From NCBI GenBank assembly GCA_013115125.1, contig JABANN010000292.1:1-41921 (forward strand): a DNA stretch of 41,921 nt, read 5' to 3'. Position 1 is the first letter of the stretch. Each line of letters starts with the position of its first letter. Origin of the DNA: Perkinsus olseni. Lineage: Eukaryota. Shown piece after piece: positions 21,981-35,392 of the stretch. The position numbers and the translations under genes were made by a program. A model generated the notes under the pieces. It did no database searches. It saw nothing but the letters and a program-made list of their open reading frames with translations, and was not told the origin of the DNA.

Positions 21981-24900
21981 ATGGTGAGTGACGCTACTGC
22001 CAGCAGCAGCGACCTCTAGCTGAACAGTCGAGTCCTTAGGCTCTACGGTCGACCAACTTCAAACGAAGCCGGGCGAAAACCAACATCTGCGACATCTGCT
22101 GGGGAGATGAGGACGAGTGTTTATGCCACAAGTCAGCTGCAGAACGACAGGCTCATGTCGAGAGCTTCCACGCCCCAACAACAGTGAGCGACAGGACCTC
22201 GAAAAAGACGAGAGGTGGCGTGTCCAGCAAGGGTTCGGCCGGAGTCGATGTTGCTGAGGAACCCGACGACGTTGGTGCCATCCGCTGCATCACCCATGAC
22301 CGGGATTCTGCCAATGTGACCTGGAGTAACTTCATAAGGACCTCCAAGTACACCCCCCTCACTTTCCTGCCACTCAACCTGTGGTACCAATTTCATCTTT
22401 TCGCCAACATCTACTTCCTGGTAGCAGCGGCCCTGCAGTGCATACCGTCAATAAGTGACTCTGGTGGGCAACCCCTGCTGCTGTTGCCCCTCATCTTCGT
22501 CTTGGCTGTGGCGGCGATGCGCGACCTCGCCGAGGACATACAACGACACAAGAGTGACAATCGAGAGAATGGCCGGAAGGTCACCCGCGTGCTGCCGCGG
22601 CCTGACGAGCACGGCAGCTGCACCGAGGAGGTCACTTGGGCCGACCTCGGGCTTGGTGACATTGTTAAAGTCAAACGCGGCGAGGGCTTCCCCGCTGACC
22701 TGGTCATGCTGAGCTCTGAGGACGAGTCCGGTATGGCGTATGTGGAGACTATGAACCTTGACGGTGAGACCAACCTCAAACCCAAGATGTGTAATGTTGA
22801 CATCATGAACGACATCAACGACGAAAAGGATGCTTCCAGCTTCATAGCGGCTCTCACCTATGAGAGGCCTAATACTAACCTCTACAAGTTCGACGGCGAG
22901 ATGACGACCAAGGGCAGGGCATACCCCCTCACGGTCGACCAATTCCTTCTTAGAGGTTCGACCCTCCAGACGACAGCGTATATATACGGCATAGTAGTGT
23001 ACTGTGGTGACCAGACCAGGATCTTCAGGAACTCAGCTGATACGGGTGAGGAGGGGTCGCAGGGCTTTTGCTTTTCCCTATGCTGCCACTACTCAGCGTG
23101 CTCGGTTGCAGGCACTGGCCGTGACAAGCTAACCAAGCTCATGGCAACCTACAACCATCACGTCATCACCCTCTTCGTCTTACAGGCTCTCATCTGCATA
23201 GTATCCGCAGTAGTTAACGCTGTCTATACTACCACCAGTGACGACTGGTACTACCAATCCCCCTCCCTCTGGCGAGCCCTTCCCAATAGCCCCTCCCTAG
23301 GTACCTTGACGTCAACGCTAGTGACAGCGTTGATGGTGGGGAGGTGTTCCTTGATGCCTTGAAGGTTGTTGGCACTTTACTACTCCAGTTCACCTACTTC
23401 GTCCCCATATCCCTACTGGTAGGCCCAGTGCTAGCGCTCGCAGTTTTCTTTCATTGATGAGGGCTAAGCGCTGCGCAACATGTCCTCACTGAGTCATTAT
23501 GGTTAATAGCCTCGCGCTCCTAGAAGTGCCGAGTCCGGAAATACCCGGCTCGTCTCACTGAAGAAGTTGACGACGCTCGAGGGGGAGGCTCTGTCGGTCC
23601 TCAGGTGACGCTGGAGATAGTAAAGTTCTTCCAAGCCAAGTTCATCAATGAAGACAAGAACATGGTCTCCGGAGGCAAGCCTTTGTACTCTAGACGACGC
23701 ACCTCCATTGATTTCGCTCAGGTCTGGGGGCGACGGCCAACAGCTCGACACTTGGTGAAGAGCTGGGCTCGGTGACGCACATCTTCAGCGACAAAACCGG
23801 CACTCTGACGCAGAACCTTATGCTCTTCACCAGTATGAGCATTAACGACTGCACCTAGGCATCTGTACTGACTTAGGTGCGTGTGCTATTGGCACCGGAG
23901 GCTCGGAATCGCCACTGCTGGTGCGTAAGTCACAGCAGCAGGGAGAGGCGACGGACCAGTCGCGATCACGTGAGCCTGTCGTCCTCCTCGGTCGCTGTGA
24001 ATTCATCTCTGTTAGTGCGGTCGGACGCCACGGTGCGTGACCACCATGTGGGCTCGGACTTCGACATAGAACTCTTCAAGAAGATCGCCAGGTCCAGCTC
24101 CGGTGTGGTGCGGCAGAGGTAGTAGTAGGAGGGCACAGTACATCAGGAATCCATCATTACCTTCTCTGCATTAACCAGGTTCGTAGACTTCCTCATCTGC
24201 CTCGCCGTATGCCACTCGGTCCTTATCAAAGCTGATGATGAGGACGACGAAGAAGCGGCCGAAGGGAGCTCTCCATCACAGACCGGTCGTGTCCACTCCG
24301 ATAAGCTGTAGGCCGGGTCACATCGCCGATAACCCTATGAGAGCTGCAAAGGTACGATGCCTCCTCCCCGGACGAGCTTGCCCTGGTAGCCGGCGCGCGC
24401 GAGCTCGGCATGGAGTTTGCCGAACGTCCAACCGTCAACAGCGTCCGGGTCAATCTGAGGACAGACTTTGCCAAAGAGGTAGCAGCCCCTGGCTTTCCCT
24501 ATGCTCGGGAGTAGCCTCACCTCAGTTGATGGGGCTCGACGTCAACTACTTGGACTTCGAGCTCCTCGATGTCATTGAGTTCGACAACGATCGGAAGCGG
24601 ATGAGCGTGCTTGTGAAGGAGAAGCTGCCGGCCACCACGTACCATCACCTACCGCTACTCCCTTCTCATTGTACACCCTCCTTCAGTACCGCCTCTCCGG
24701 ACCGTCGCCATGTCCAGGACCGAGTGGCAGCGAAGCCACTGGGGCAGAAAGTCCGAGAGGTTGGTGTGTAGCAGTTGTTCTCGCGTGACCAGTCCGTTCC
24801 CAGAGTTGCCCGCACCCACGGACGCTACTTCTAATCAAGGGCGCCGACTCTTCCATGCTCGACGTAGCCGTACCGCTCTCAGACCACGAAGGTGCCCTCC

Positions 24901-27752
24901 GCCGCGGGGTGGCCATCCTTGACGTACCCGATTCAGCAGATACTGAGCTCTCCGAGACGCTGGCGACTCTGGCGGCAAACGGCTTGCGGACGTTGGTCTA
25001 CGGCGCGAGGGATCTCACAGATGACTTGGACTTCGTTAAAGAGTCGGCCCCGACTGTGGTGTGCTCGATCAGGGAAGCTTCATCCTTCGTAGATGGCGAG
25101 AAGCTTACTCGGCAGCCCGGGGTAAAATTGGGGATGAGAAGAAGAATGCCATGCATGAGTGCATGACGAGAATGGAGTCTCGAGTGGACCTGCTGGGTAG
25201 TACTGGCATAGAGGACAAACTGCAGGTGAGGCCCTTCAACAGGGGTTGATGAACGCGCTATCGCCTTCGTTAGGACCAAGTGCCCGAGGTCATCAAGGAG
25301 CTCCACTCAGCCGGCATTAAGCTGTGGGTGCTGACCGGTGACAAAATTGAGACCGCCATCAACATCGGGTACGCCGGTCTGGCAGGGGGAGGGGTCCTCG
25401 GTGGGAGTGGGTTAGTTCAGATACAGTAGTAATCTATTAACCACCGAGGTCTACAACCAGATCATCGACTCTACCTGTACTCGGGAAATCAGCGCGGCCC
25501 TCGCCGCCCTTAGTAACCTCATCGAGTCCAAGTTGACCACCCGGGCAGCTACTCTAGACTGGGACAACGATGCTGAGGAGAAGCTCGAGAAGGAGGGGTA
25601 CATAGCTCATTCCGAAGTGGACCCCGATGAGGTTGCCTTGGACGACGATCTCGGCGGCCCGGACGCTGAGCTTCCTCGTGCTAATGATGGGCCGGAGATG
25701 GCAAGCTTCCGCCAAGTGGCCATCACGGTATCCGGGGACGCCTTGGCCGTCATATTGAGACACAAGTAAGCCGTATCGTTAGCAACAGTGCAAGCCCATA
25801 GTCATCTCGTCAGGGTCCTGCGGCTCAAGTTCTTCCGTCTCTCGCTGGCGCACTGCGTGACGGTGATAGCCTGCCGAGTGTCACCCAAGCAGAAGGCTGA
25901 TGTTGTGAAGTAAGTCCTTTCAAGGTGTAAAGTCTATGCGGTATCACAACGCGAGAGGGAAGGGTAGAGTATCGGACGTATCTCTGAGAAACCGCGAACC
26001 AACCGTGGGCCGATGGGGGAAGGAGGAGAAAGAACATTGGGACTAGCATGAATCGATCAAGCTAAAATGGTGTGAAAGCAGACACAAAGTTATGGGAATT
26101 CGGGACTGATTCTGGGACTTGGATACTGCAGCCATGCGGATGATGCCCTCAGGTGGAGCGGTAGCTACCTCCCGGCCAACACTATGCTGTCGATTGGTGA
26201 TGGCGCCAATGATGTTGGTATGATTGTCGTAGCAGACGTTGGAGTAAGTCAGCGGGAATCTTTGTAGTGAGTAGCATGATATCTTTATCAGGTCGGCCTG
26301 AATGGCAAGGAGGGTGCGCAAGCGGCCCGCTCAGCCGACTACGCCATACCCGAGTTCCGCTTCCTCCGCCGTCTTCTCTTTCTTCACGGTCGCGAGGCGG
26401 TACGGAAGAACTCTATCTTCGTCTACTACACGGTGTACAAGAACGTCGCCTTCTCTCTGCCCACCTTCCTGCTCGGCTTCTACTCCCACTTCTCGGGCAC
26501 CAACCTCTACGACCCCATCCTCAAGCAGGTCTACAACGTCCTCTACACGGTCTTCCCTATACTATTTCACGGAGTCTTCGACCGGGACATGCCCGTCTCT
26601 GTCCTGGCTCGATGTGCCTTCCTCTATAAGTTCGGTCACCGTACCTTCGGCAACTTCGTCCTCGCCCGCTGGATTTTCGGTGCCATCTGGACCGCCCTCT
26701 GGTGCCTCATCCCTCCCCTGTGGGTGCTCTACCCTGAGTCCTACCACTGGGACGGCAACACAAGCCCGTCGGACCACCAGATTGGACTTCTGGTCTTCTT
26801 CGGTATGGTCCTAGTCTGCAACATAACAATGTATAAGTTCACTAACGTGTGGTTCTGGTTCATCCATGCTGGTATATGGGTTGGCATCTTGCTCTTCCTC
26901 ATCTGCTGGGCGGCAGGCACCGTAAGTCCCGACCACCCACTCCTAGTGCAACCAGTTTCGTCCTCGCATTCCTCGTTAACAGCTCTACTGATTCAGTCGG
27001 GCGTCGCCGCAAAACTGTGATCGCTGTGGAGCCTCGCTGTTTTCCTCAGATTTTCGGAGATCATTTCGAGGACTCCTTCGTCAACACCCTGCTCACCCCG
27101 CCAGCCATCGGCTCTCTCATTCTCAGTTGTGGTGAGTCACTGCTGGGCCTAGCATGACCCCTCCACGATGCTTCGTGCCCAGGCATGAGCCTGATGCCGC
27201 TGGTACTGCAACACCAGTACTACGGCCTCTTCTACCCGTCCAACTCTCGGGTGGTCAAGGAGCGCTTGCAGCTTGGGGTAGGTTCCATCCCTAGCGACAG
27301 CCCTCGATGATTTGTGGCGTTTGTAGGCGCGAAAGTTGGTGGTGGTGAAGAGAGACGAGGAGAAGCCAGGGCCGAAACTAGGCCAACCCGCTGCTCCTAT
27401 GGTCCGCGAGGAGGCGAGTCGCAGTGGTCTGCTTGGCAAAAGCCGAACGAGGAGGTCGCTTATGTACACCTCAATACAGGGGGCGCCGACACCCAAGGCC
27501 GTGCAATCGATAGGAGGAGGCTTTGGCTTCACCGAGAACAGCAGTGTTGATAGGATCGGGAGGTAGGGCACGTCCTGATGGGGCTCGTACAGGTCGTGTT
27601 GTTCGATCAGGTATTCCGTGGTGGGCAGCGGCAGCACTCGGCCTTTGGCTTCACAGCGGACTAACCGAGCGTCCAAGCGTAACAGTCACCTCGCGACGGT
27701 CCAGTTCGGCGGTACTCAGAATATCAGCATCAATAAACCCCAGGATTGCTAG
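21981..27752 (+). CDS. P4-type ATPase (phospholipid flippase)
   Basis: Motifs [110 protein letters not shown] and IGDGANDV, plus a C-terminal transmembrane bundle. Many short introns. Confidence 0.96.
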
Positions 27753-27874
27753 GGCTACTCACGGCCGCAGCGCTTCTGCGCAAACTTCTCTGTGTATCAC
27801 ATGCTCCCACCGACGCTGTTCTCACGATGTTGAAAAATGTCAAGGCGTTCTGAGTTCAGTGACGGGAGTTGGTA

Positions 27875-29426
27875 ATGGCCAACGGCAGTGCTTCGCTTCT
27901 GATGCCCGATAATGAGGAGCCATCGAGCTACAGTTTGCCCCGAAGGTGGGCTCATCGGATACTGGCGATGCTCCCACCGGGTGTGAAGTGGGAACGCCTC
28001 TCACCGAAGACTCGGCGGTTCATCCTGATGGCCGTAGCACTTGGAGCCGTGGCGGTCGTTGCGAGGGCGCGAAGGAAGCGGGTGGGGGCCTTGGCCGCCG
28101 AACTCAGGCCCGAGCACATCAGCTTGTCTGCTTTCCTGAGGGCGTGCGAGGGCGGTTTGGTACCCTCCGTGAAGGTGTCCCCAGGAGGCCTCATCGAAGC
28201 CATAGGGTCCAATGGTGTCGTCCAGCTTACTCGTTTGGTGCCGGGCTCACAGAACTACGTTTTCAACACAATCGCCGAGTACTGCAAAGACTACAGTTAC
28301 TTCACGCCTTCTCCCACAGGGAAGTCTGTCTTCTTGCGAGCGCTGCAGCAGGTAGGCATTCCGCTGGCCTTGGTGTACCTTTGGTATCGGCTACTTATGA
28401 AAATCCTGCACAAGGACGAGTCTCACGACTTCGGTGGGGATCGCCGCTCCCGAATACCCAAGACAACCTTCAATGACGTTGTCAGTCCTGTAGCTTCGAC
28501 TGAGCTGAAGGAAGTGGTCGAGTACTTGAACAACCCCCGGGCCTTCTCCCGCCACGGCGCCCGTCCGATCAGAGGCGTCCTCCTTTACGGCCCGAGCGGC
28601 ACGGGGAAGACACTGCTCGCCAGGGCAGTGGCGGGAACGGCTAGGGCGGCCTTCCTTTCAACTAGCGGGAGTGAATTCATAGACACCTACGTTGGCCGGG
28701 GAAGTGCGCGAGTCCGTGCCCTCTTCAACCAAGCCAGAGCCTTGGCTCCTTGTGTGGTGTTCATCGACGAGGTAGATGCCTTGGGTTCCCGAGGCGCCGG
28801 CGAGTCTCGGTTTGGAGGAGGCCACGAGGAGTACGTGCAGGTGGGCGACTAAATTACGTCAGTCCCACCAGCACATGTTTCTCGTCAGACGTTGAACCAG
28901 CTGCTGGTGGAGCTGGACGGGGTCTGTGGTCACGAGGGAATAGTAGTGCTAGCAGCAAGCAACCGGCATGCAGCGATCGACAGAGCTCTCCTGAGGCCCG
29001 GTCGCTTCGACAGGTACCCACACGGTAAACAGGCTGCTCATAACGGTATCACATGCAGGCACGTCTTCCTAAATCTGCCGACGACGGCAGAGCGATTGGA
29101 GATAATTCGCATACATTCACGTCAAGTGCGGTTCGGGCCGAACGTGGACCTCCGAGTGCTTGCACAGGCCACCGAGGGCTTCACGGGAGCCGACCTCGCC
29201 AACTTGGTCAACGAGTCCATATACCTGTCACTGAGGTAGGTCACACCAGTATGATTCGATTCCGGTAGTGTTCGTGGCTCCTAATGTCAGGACTGGCGGC
29301 AACGGCCTCGTTCGAGAATGCGACCTGCGGTCGGCCTTGATGAAGTGCAGGCGGCTTGTCCAAGACCGAGAGGAGCGCCCCTCGGGTAACCCGACGCCCG
29401 ATTCTCCGGTCGCATCGATCGATTGA
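27875..29426 (+). CDS. FtsH-like membrane AAA+ ATPase lacking the M41 zinc-protease domain
   Basis: Two transmembrane segments flank an FtsH extracellular-like segment (ISLSAFLRACEGGLVPSVKV). Walker A GPSGTGKT, pore loop GSEFIDTYVG, Walker B VFIDEVD, TLNQLLVELDG, second region of homology ALLRPGRFDR, and GFTGADLANLVNE. Stops about 45 aa later with no HExxH. Confidence 0.9.
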
Positions 29427-29678
29427 ACGCGTTGCCTCTCAGCTTCACCGACTAGAGCACGCAACTTATACCCTATGAACTTTTACTCAGTCACTGCGTA
29501 GTGTGCTGTACAGTTTCTGTTATCATCCTAGTTGAGTACTGGTAGTTGTGACAGATGAGAAGACTGTCTAAGGTACGTTGGTCACCGACGGTCGGTGGTG
29601 GACTTCACTGTATCACACACACTGTCTAACAGAACTCCTCACAGTGTTCCAGAAACACAGTATCACACGTACGTGTAC

Positions 29679-30985
29679 TCATCGGAAATAGCCCGAGCTC
29701 GACGGCATCATGTTTTCTGTCTCGATATGTATTCTAGGGACATTAGGGCAGCTGATCGATGCAGCTTTGAAATACGGCAAGTCCAGGACTCGTGCTCCTG
29801 CCAGAAAAGTACTTTCCGGAAGGCTTTTGGCTGCAAGTCACTCACTTTCGTCGCCACCGCCTGACAAGGAAGATATCCCTCCCATCAGCTTCGGTAGCAT
29901 AGTCGTGAGCTTGGCTAGCTCCCCCGTCTTCCGGACCGCGGCCGCGTTGTCACCCGCCTCCTTTGGCCTGTTCCGCAAAAGCTCTTTCACCTACCAAAGA
30001 GCACTACTCACGAGAGACCGTTGTTCAGGACGTACGAAGAAACGCATGTTCTCCAGGATCTGATCGTTGGTCATATTCGTCTTCCCGAGATCGACTCGAA
30101 TGTGCCCTTCCCCCTCCGCCCGATACTCCAACTGGCTGCCTGACTTCGCGTCAATCACTGCCTGCTTCAAGTTCTGTACGACAGTCCCATTGCGTGCATT
30201 TGGCATCAACCTCTTCGGACCCAGGATCTGAGATAAACGGGATCCCGAAGCTGCTCGAGGAGACCCATTCTACCTTGGCTAGCTTGACGACTTGCGGGAT
30301 GACCTGAGGAAGGGCGATGACCTTGTCGAACGGCAGCCAGCCACGCTCGATCTTGTTCAGCGGTTCACTCAGCCCGGCGTAGTCGGCTCCTGCTTCCAGC
30401 ATCTCCTAAATGGAGCGCTCCGGGAAGCGAGGGAAAAGCAGCCCTTACACTGGCCATGTAGTCCGGACAGAGAGCCAGGACTCTTATCTCTGTTTGAAGT
30501 CCGTAAGGCAACTGCACCACTCCTCGAACAGACTGCCTTGTCAGATCCACACGAATGCTGAGGGAAGCTGATGGCTCCTTTGAGCGCAAGAAGGAAGCAT
30601 CACTCGACATCGAAGGTTATTCGGCTGGCAGTGTCAGTATTGTAGAAAGCCCTGAGGAGCCGCAGCGCCTGATAGGGAGTGTTCTTCAGGATGATCTCCT
30701 CCGCGTCGCCGCCCGCAGACGTGGTGTCCTTGCTCGACCCAGGTGTCTGATGAACATCACTCTCAGTAGTCATCCCGTGGCTTCTGGGCACTCAACTCCG
30801 TATCGCCGCCGCCGTTTGAGCCAGTTCTCCTGGGCCAATGCCCGTTGGCTCGGAGTTGGTGTCCTCACGAAAGGACGGTATCTTTTGTACCGAACAGACT
30901 GGCCGAGGAATTTCGGAGTCTCGAGTGCGGCACCGTCGAGCGAGGCCCCGAGGACCACTGCCAGGGCTCGCCGTCGGCCCAACAT
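29679..30985 (-). CDS. MRPL1: Organellar (probably mitochondrial) ribosomal protein uL1
   Basis: VRGVVQLPYG, EAGADYAG, GWLPFDKVIALP, ILGPKRLMPNARNGTV and GKTNMTNDQILENMRFF match bacterial-type L1. The Arg-rich N-terminus resembles a targeting peptide. Confidence 0.88.
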
Positions 30986-31081
30986 CCGCTAAAGCTGACA
31001 GCATCGCCTCTTAGTAGACAACGCAAGGCCCTAGCGTGCAGGAGAAGTATAAAAAAACCAGACACACAGCAGTCACAGCAG

Positions 31082-33315
31082 TCAGTCCTCCTTTCTCTCC
31101 GCTGAGCTCAATAGGTGGTCGGTGGAGAACCAGTAGCAGGCCAGGAGAGATATCGTTACTCCAAAGGCGCAATAGACGCTCATTAGCATGAGCGGAGCGA
31201 AGGGCATCGAGGGAAGGACCGAGGGCAGCACCTGGGAGAGACGAGCGCTACGGTAGGTGGGCCCCAAAGGGTTCGCCGTACCCATTGATAGGTGACGCAG
31301 ACGGCTGCTGTTATCGCCACCACGAAGCGGTGGAATCTCCCGCCATCGGAGGTCATGGATGCAAGGCAGCAATCGATCAACCAGGAAAACAGCTGAGAAG
31401 GACGGGGTGCGACTACCGGGGATGATGAGACGGAGGCTACCATGAGGGCCCACTTAAGGCCGAGTTCTGGGAGTGAGTCAGGGAGCAGCGGCAGCAGGGA
31501 AGCCATCATCAACGTTGACAACGACGCCACTGCCGTCACATAGCGGGAGGAGCCGTGAAGATCTCTCTTGAGGATGATCTGAGCACAACGAAGGTTTTTG
31601 CCACGTCCGCGGCCGCGGCAGGGTGTCGGCACATCACCTCCAGCACGAGGGGAGCCACTACAGTGACCAGAGCCTTTTCGTGCACATGCCACCCACACAG
31701 GAATGATGCACTGGTGCCTGATGCGGAGGTCTCACGGTAGTACTGCCGGCTATAGCCTACCCATGGTGGCCCAGAAGAGCAGGCTCCTTTGACTGCCGTG
31801 AGGACGACCAGACTCCCGGACGATGCCGGTGAGTATCGGTAAGGAGACAACGACTGAGGACACAAGACGACATCCTGTAGAAGACATCAGACCGCCACCT
31901 ATTACCAGTAGCCAGCAAGGCGTGGATCGGTCGGACAGGAGGGAGTACCGTTGGGTCCATCACTTGGACCAGGCCGTGAGTGAAGGCCGAGCCTGGAAGG
32001 CCTTTCAACTTCGCCAAAACCACATCAGCTCCGTAGTAGAGCGCCCTACCGGAAGGACACTGGCCGCGATCTTTCCGTCCCGGAGACTCACCACAGGTTG
32101 GGTGCCCAGTAGGCATGTGTCAGGCCTCGGCCGAAAGGGAACATGCGTGTGAGCATCGACTGCAGTTCACCATTGTAACTGAGCTACAGCATAGCGAGGG
32201 GTCGCCCTGACCATCACGGAATACATTATTGGTAGAAGCGCCAGGGTGGTGGTGGCGAGTACCACCACTACCAGTCCGAAGAAGCGGCGGAAGCTGAAGT
32301 TCCTTTCGGTGCCTGGCTGATAGGGCCTTGTGACCATACAGTAGTTGCAAAGCAGCCACACGCCGATGGCCGGAGCGGCGTAGGCGAATATGTGCTTCGA
32401 TAACACCTATGGAAATGACGTGGGGGGGGAGGGGGGGGAGGTGCAGTAGCAGTACAAGCAACGTGAACGTCACCGCACCAGCAAGCACTCGCCCGCGCTG
32501 CATCAGGCCGATGGCTGCGAAGTACACACCGAGGAGCATACCTGTGGGAAGATGTCGCGCGCCACGAAATTCACTAGGATGTTACCGTTGTACTGGAAGT
32601 GGACATGATCGATGAGCAGCAAGGCGGGCATTGCCAACATGTAGAGGAGACCGAGATACCGCAGAGTCTTCATGGGAGCTGATCGAAGACTCTAGCGGAG
32701 CCGGCGGCGGGGACGGGGCTTACTGAAGACACCGGAGGGAGGGCAGAGCAGCAGGACGGCCGGTATGAGAGTAAGGCCCGACAGTATCACTGTGATGCGG
32801 TGGAAAACAACTACCGACTGAGGAGCTGTAGCGTCCTGGGCCTGAGGATGAGCTGAAGTAGAAGGCGATGGTTCCTGCAGAGCCGTACAAGGGGGTCTAG
32901 CATCTTCCACAGGTTGTCACTGTTGGTTGAATAGGCCACGCATGCCGCTACTGTTGCTAGAAATTTCTCGAAGTACCTGGGGACAGTGAGCTGAGGGGAC
33001 GCGCAATACACGACGCCTACGCGAAGACAGGAGGGTAGTCGAGCGTCCACTGCGAGGGGGCCCAGGGGCCGTCTCGATACCACTGGGAGACGGGCAGGGA
33101 GTAGGTGACAGCCAGCCAGTTGCGATGTACCTAACGCGAACACACTAAGACTGAATACGCGCCCTGAGGAGGAACCAGGCTACATCGAAATCGGTACTCC
33201 TGTAGAAGGGTATGAGAAAGGACTTTAGTATGGCTGTAAGCAAGTAAATAGAGGCGACGCCAGCAACGGTAGCATAGGGAAAACTCCTCTGGATTGAGGA
33301 CGCGGAGGAGGGCAT
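31082..33315 (-). CDS. ALG8: Dolichyl-PP-Glc1Man9GlcNAc2 alpha-1,3-glucosyltransferase (ALG6/ALG8 family, ALG8-like)
   Basis: Motifs [66 protein letters not shown] and GWHVHEKA. Polytopic membrane protein. Confidence 0.93.
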
Positions 33316-33582
33316 AACGATAGGAGTCAAACTATTGACGGTGAGCCAAGCTCGTTCTGCATCAGTCACCCCGCGGAGAAGGTCATTGATTAGCACGCCG
33401 TGCTGATGCCGGACCGGCAGAGATGTACACGAGGAATGAAGAATGCCGATAGCAAGATGAGGAATGAGGGGATGACTAAGGCCCAACAGTAGAGGGTAGG
33501 GAGGAAACTATCATGTAACTATCACTGCTGATGGCATGTACAGGAGAAGGAGAGCAGGAATTGAGAAGACACTTAAGTAACT

Positions 33583-35392
33583 TCATGAGCCTTCCTCGAT
33601 CCTCTTGGCTACACACAGGCGTTCTTCCGACTGGTACCTAGTAGAAGGACGGTCGAAGGTGTGCGTGCTAGACGTTGCCTACTTCCTGGTAACGGCATTG
33701 AGGTTGTTTGCGTCGGGGCGGTGGTGGCGGATTATGGTCGTGATGAAATGGGCCGCACTGGTAACTGTTCGAGTGGTGAATGGGAAGCCGCTGGCCGGGA
33801 CGCTATTACGCTCCTTGGCCGATATCCCCAGCTCATCGAGAACGCCATCCTGCAACTGAGGAGGGAGGGGGGCTCCAGCGAGGGACCGGCGGCGGCGGAG
33901 CTCACCAGAGTCATCGTCGCTTGCTGCTTCTTCCGATCCTTCTTCATGCAAAGAGCGACCCAGGCGCAGGCCAACGCAAGCACAGCGGGCCGGTACCTGA
34001 CAGCACGCGCTGACGCACCGGGAAGACACAGAGTGATGCCACTTGAGGGCTTCGTATTCCAGCAGCGTAAGCTCGAGGAAGTAGGCGGATATAAAATAGT
34101 AGGGCTTGCGTAGCCCGAAAACCTGCGGGGACGCTCGAGACAAATAGTTTAACCGCTCGAGAGTGAACCTGATTCCACCGCCGGAGGTACGTCCACGCAG
34201 TTGGCAGGTCTATTCGGTAATCCAGGGTCCTGATGATGGTGTGCTCCATCTGCTCGACCTGCGAAACGTCGTACCTGAGGGCGAGCCTTGAAGATGCTCG
34301 GCGGGTCGACACTTACGCTCCGTCACAGATTCTCATGAGGGACTCTATCTCCGGACTGAAGGAGTTTTGCATCTTGCCTGAGGCCGCCGCCGAGGCTGCC
34401 GAGTACCCGAGGTTGAAGCGTGCTTACTAGCGATCATAGCACAGCAAACCCCGACGAGCTGCAACTTCCCAACGTCCACTACACCCTCAGACTTGTACAG
34501 GAACCTGTTAGCGATGCTACGGCCAGGCGGCCCCTGAGGGAACCCACCGGTCCACAAGGGAGATGCACAGATGGAGAGCCTCGTCCCTTATCTCCCACTT
34601 CAACAGCACGTCGACTAGCCAGTCCACCAGCATGGCCCGCATCCTGGGGGTTATCCTATACCCCCTATTCTCGAGGTAACTGCAGTGGCGTAGTAACCAA
34701 CGCAGCGAAGTGATGGTAGACCGACTTAGGATCGAGAAGATCGGCCTCTGGAGACAAGTACGCCGCGTCAAACTCGAAGAGGCGGTGGTACATTCTCTCA
34801 GCAATCTCCGCACAGTACCTGCGTTCGCAGACGCTATCGGCCACCGGTAGAGAGCTGCCATATGCCTACTGTGCGTCCCTCACGACCTTCCTGTCCCAAG
34901 ACTTGAGTTCGGCCGTCCAGTCGCGCTCTCTGAACTCCTTTATGGCATCAGTCAAACCCTCATACGACGCTCCACAAGGACGCCCCAGGGGGCTGCTCAG
35001 GCCGGTCTCTGGTCGTCGCTCGGGGGTCACGACATCGCTGTCATCCTCTGAGTCACTGCCAGTCCCCTCAGCGTTGGCTTCCCCCAGCTATTACCGGTCC
35101 TGTACCCGACTGCAGGAGGAAGCCCTCCACCAAACACTCCGCCGGGATAGGACCCTCCCGTACTGACGGTATCCTCCCTACCATGCGGCACTCAAGGGAC
35201 TTGCGCTAGCCCTACCCACCTATTCTTAGACACCCTGCCCGTCACAGTCCGGCGTCTCTTCAGAGGAGGCTGCGTGCCGTATCGATTGGCGGCTAATCTG
35301 GAGACGAAAGGATACCATCGAAAGATACTCATCAGGCCCGACCTCGAATTCTCGTCCCCAGGAAGATACCGCCTCGGTGCCGTGCTTGACAT
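33583..35392 (-). CDS. A/B-type cyclin
   Basis: Cyclin box ITPRMRAMLVDWLVDV...LHLCISLVDRFL...KLQLVGVCCAMIASK...ICDGAY...QMEHTIIRTLDYRIDLPT, followed by cyclin C-terminal fold AYFLELTLLEY. Ends ...KYQSEERLCVAKRIEEGS*. Confidence 0.93.

Noticed and set aside
21134-21991. Several overlapping ORFs between the nucleotidyltransferase and the P4-ATPase
   Set aside because: Low-complexity trinucleotide-rich sequence with no domain or coherent splicing. Most likely UTR or intergenic.
32422-32441. G-run that could form a G-quadruplex
   Set aside because: It is the C-rich pyrimidine tract of an ALG8 intron read on the opposite strand.
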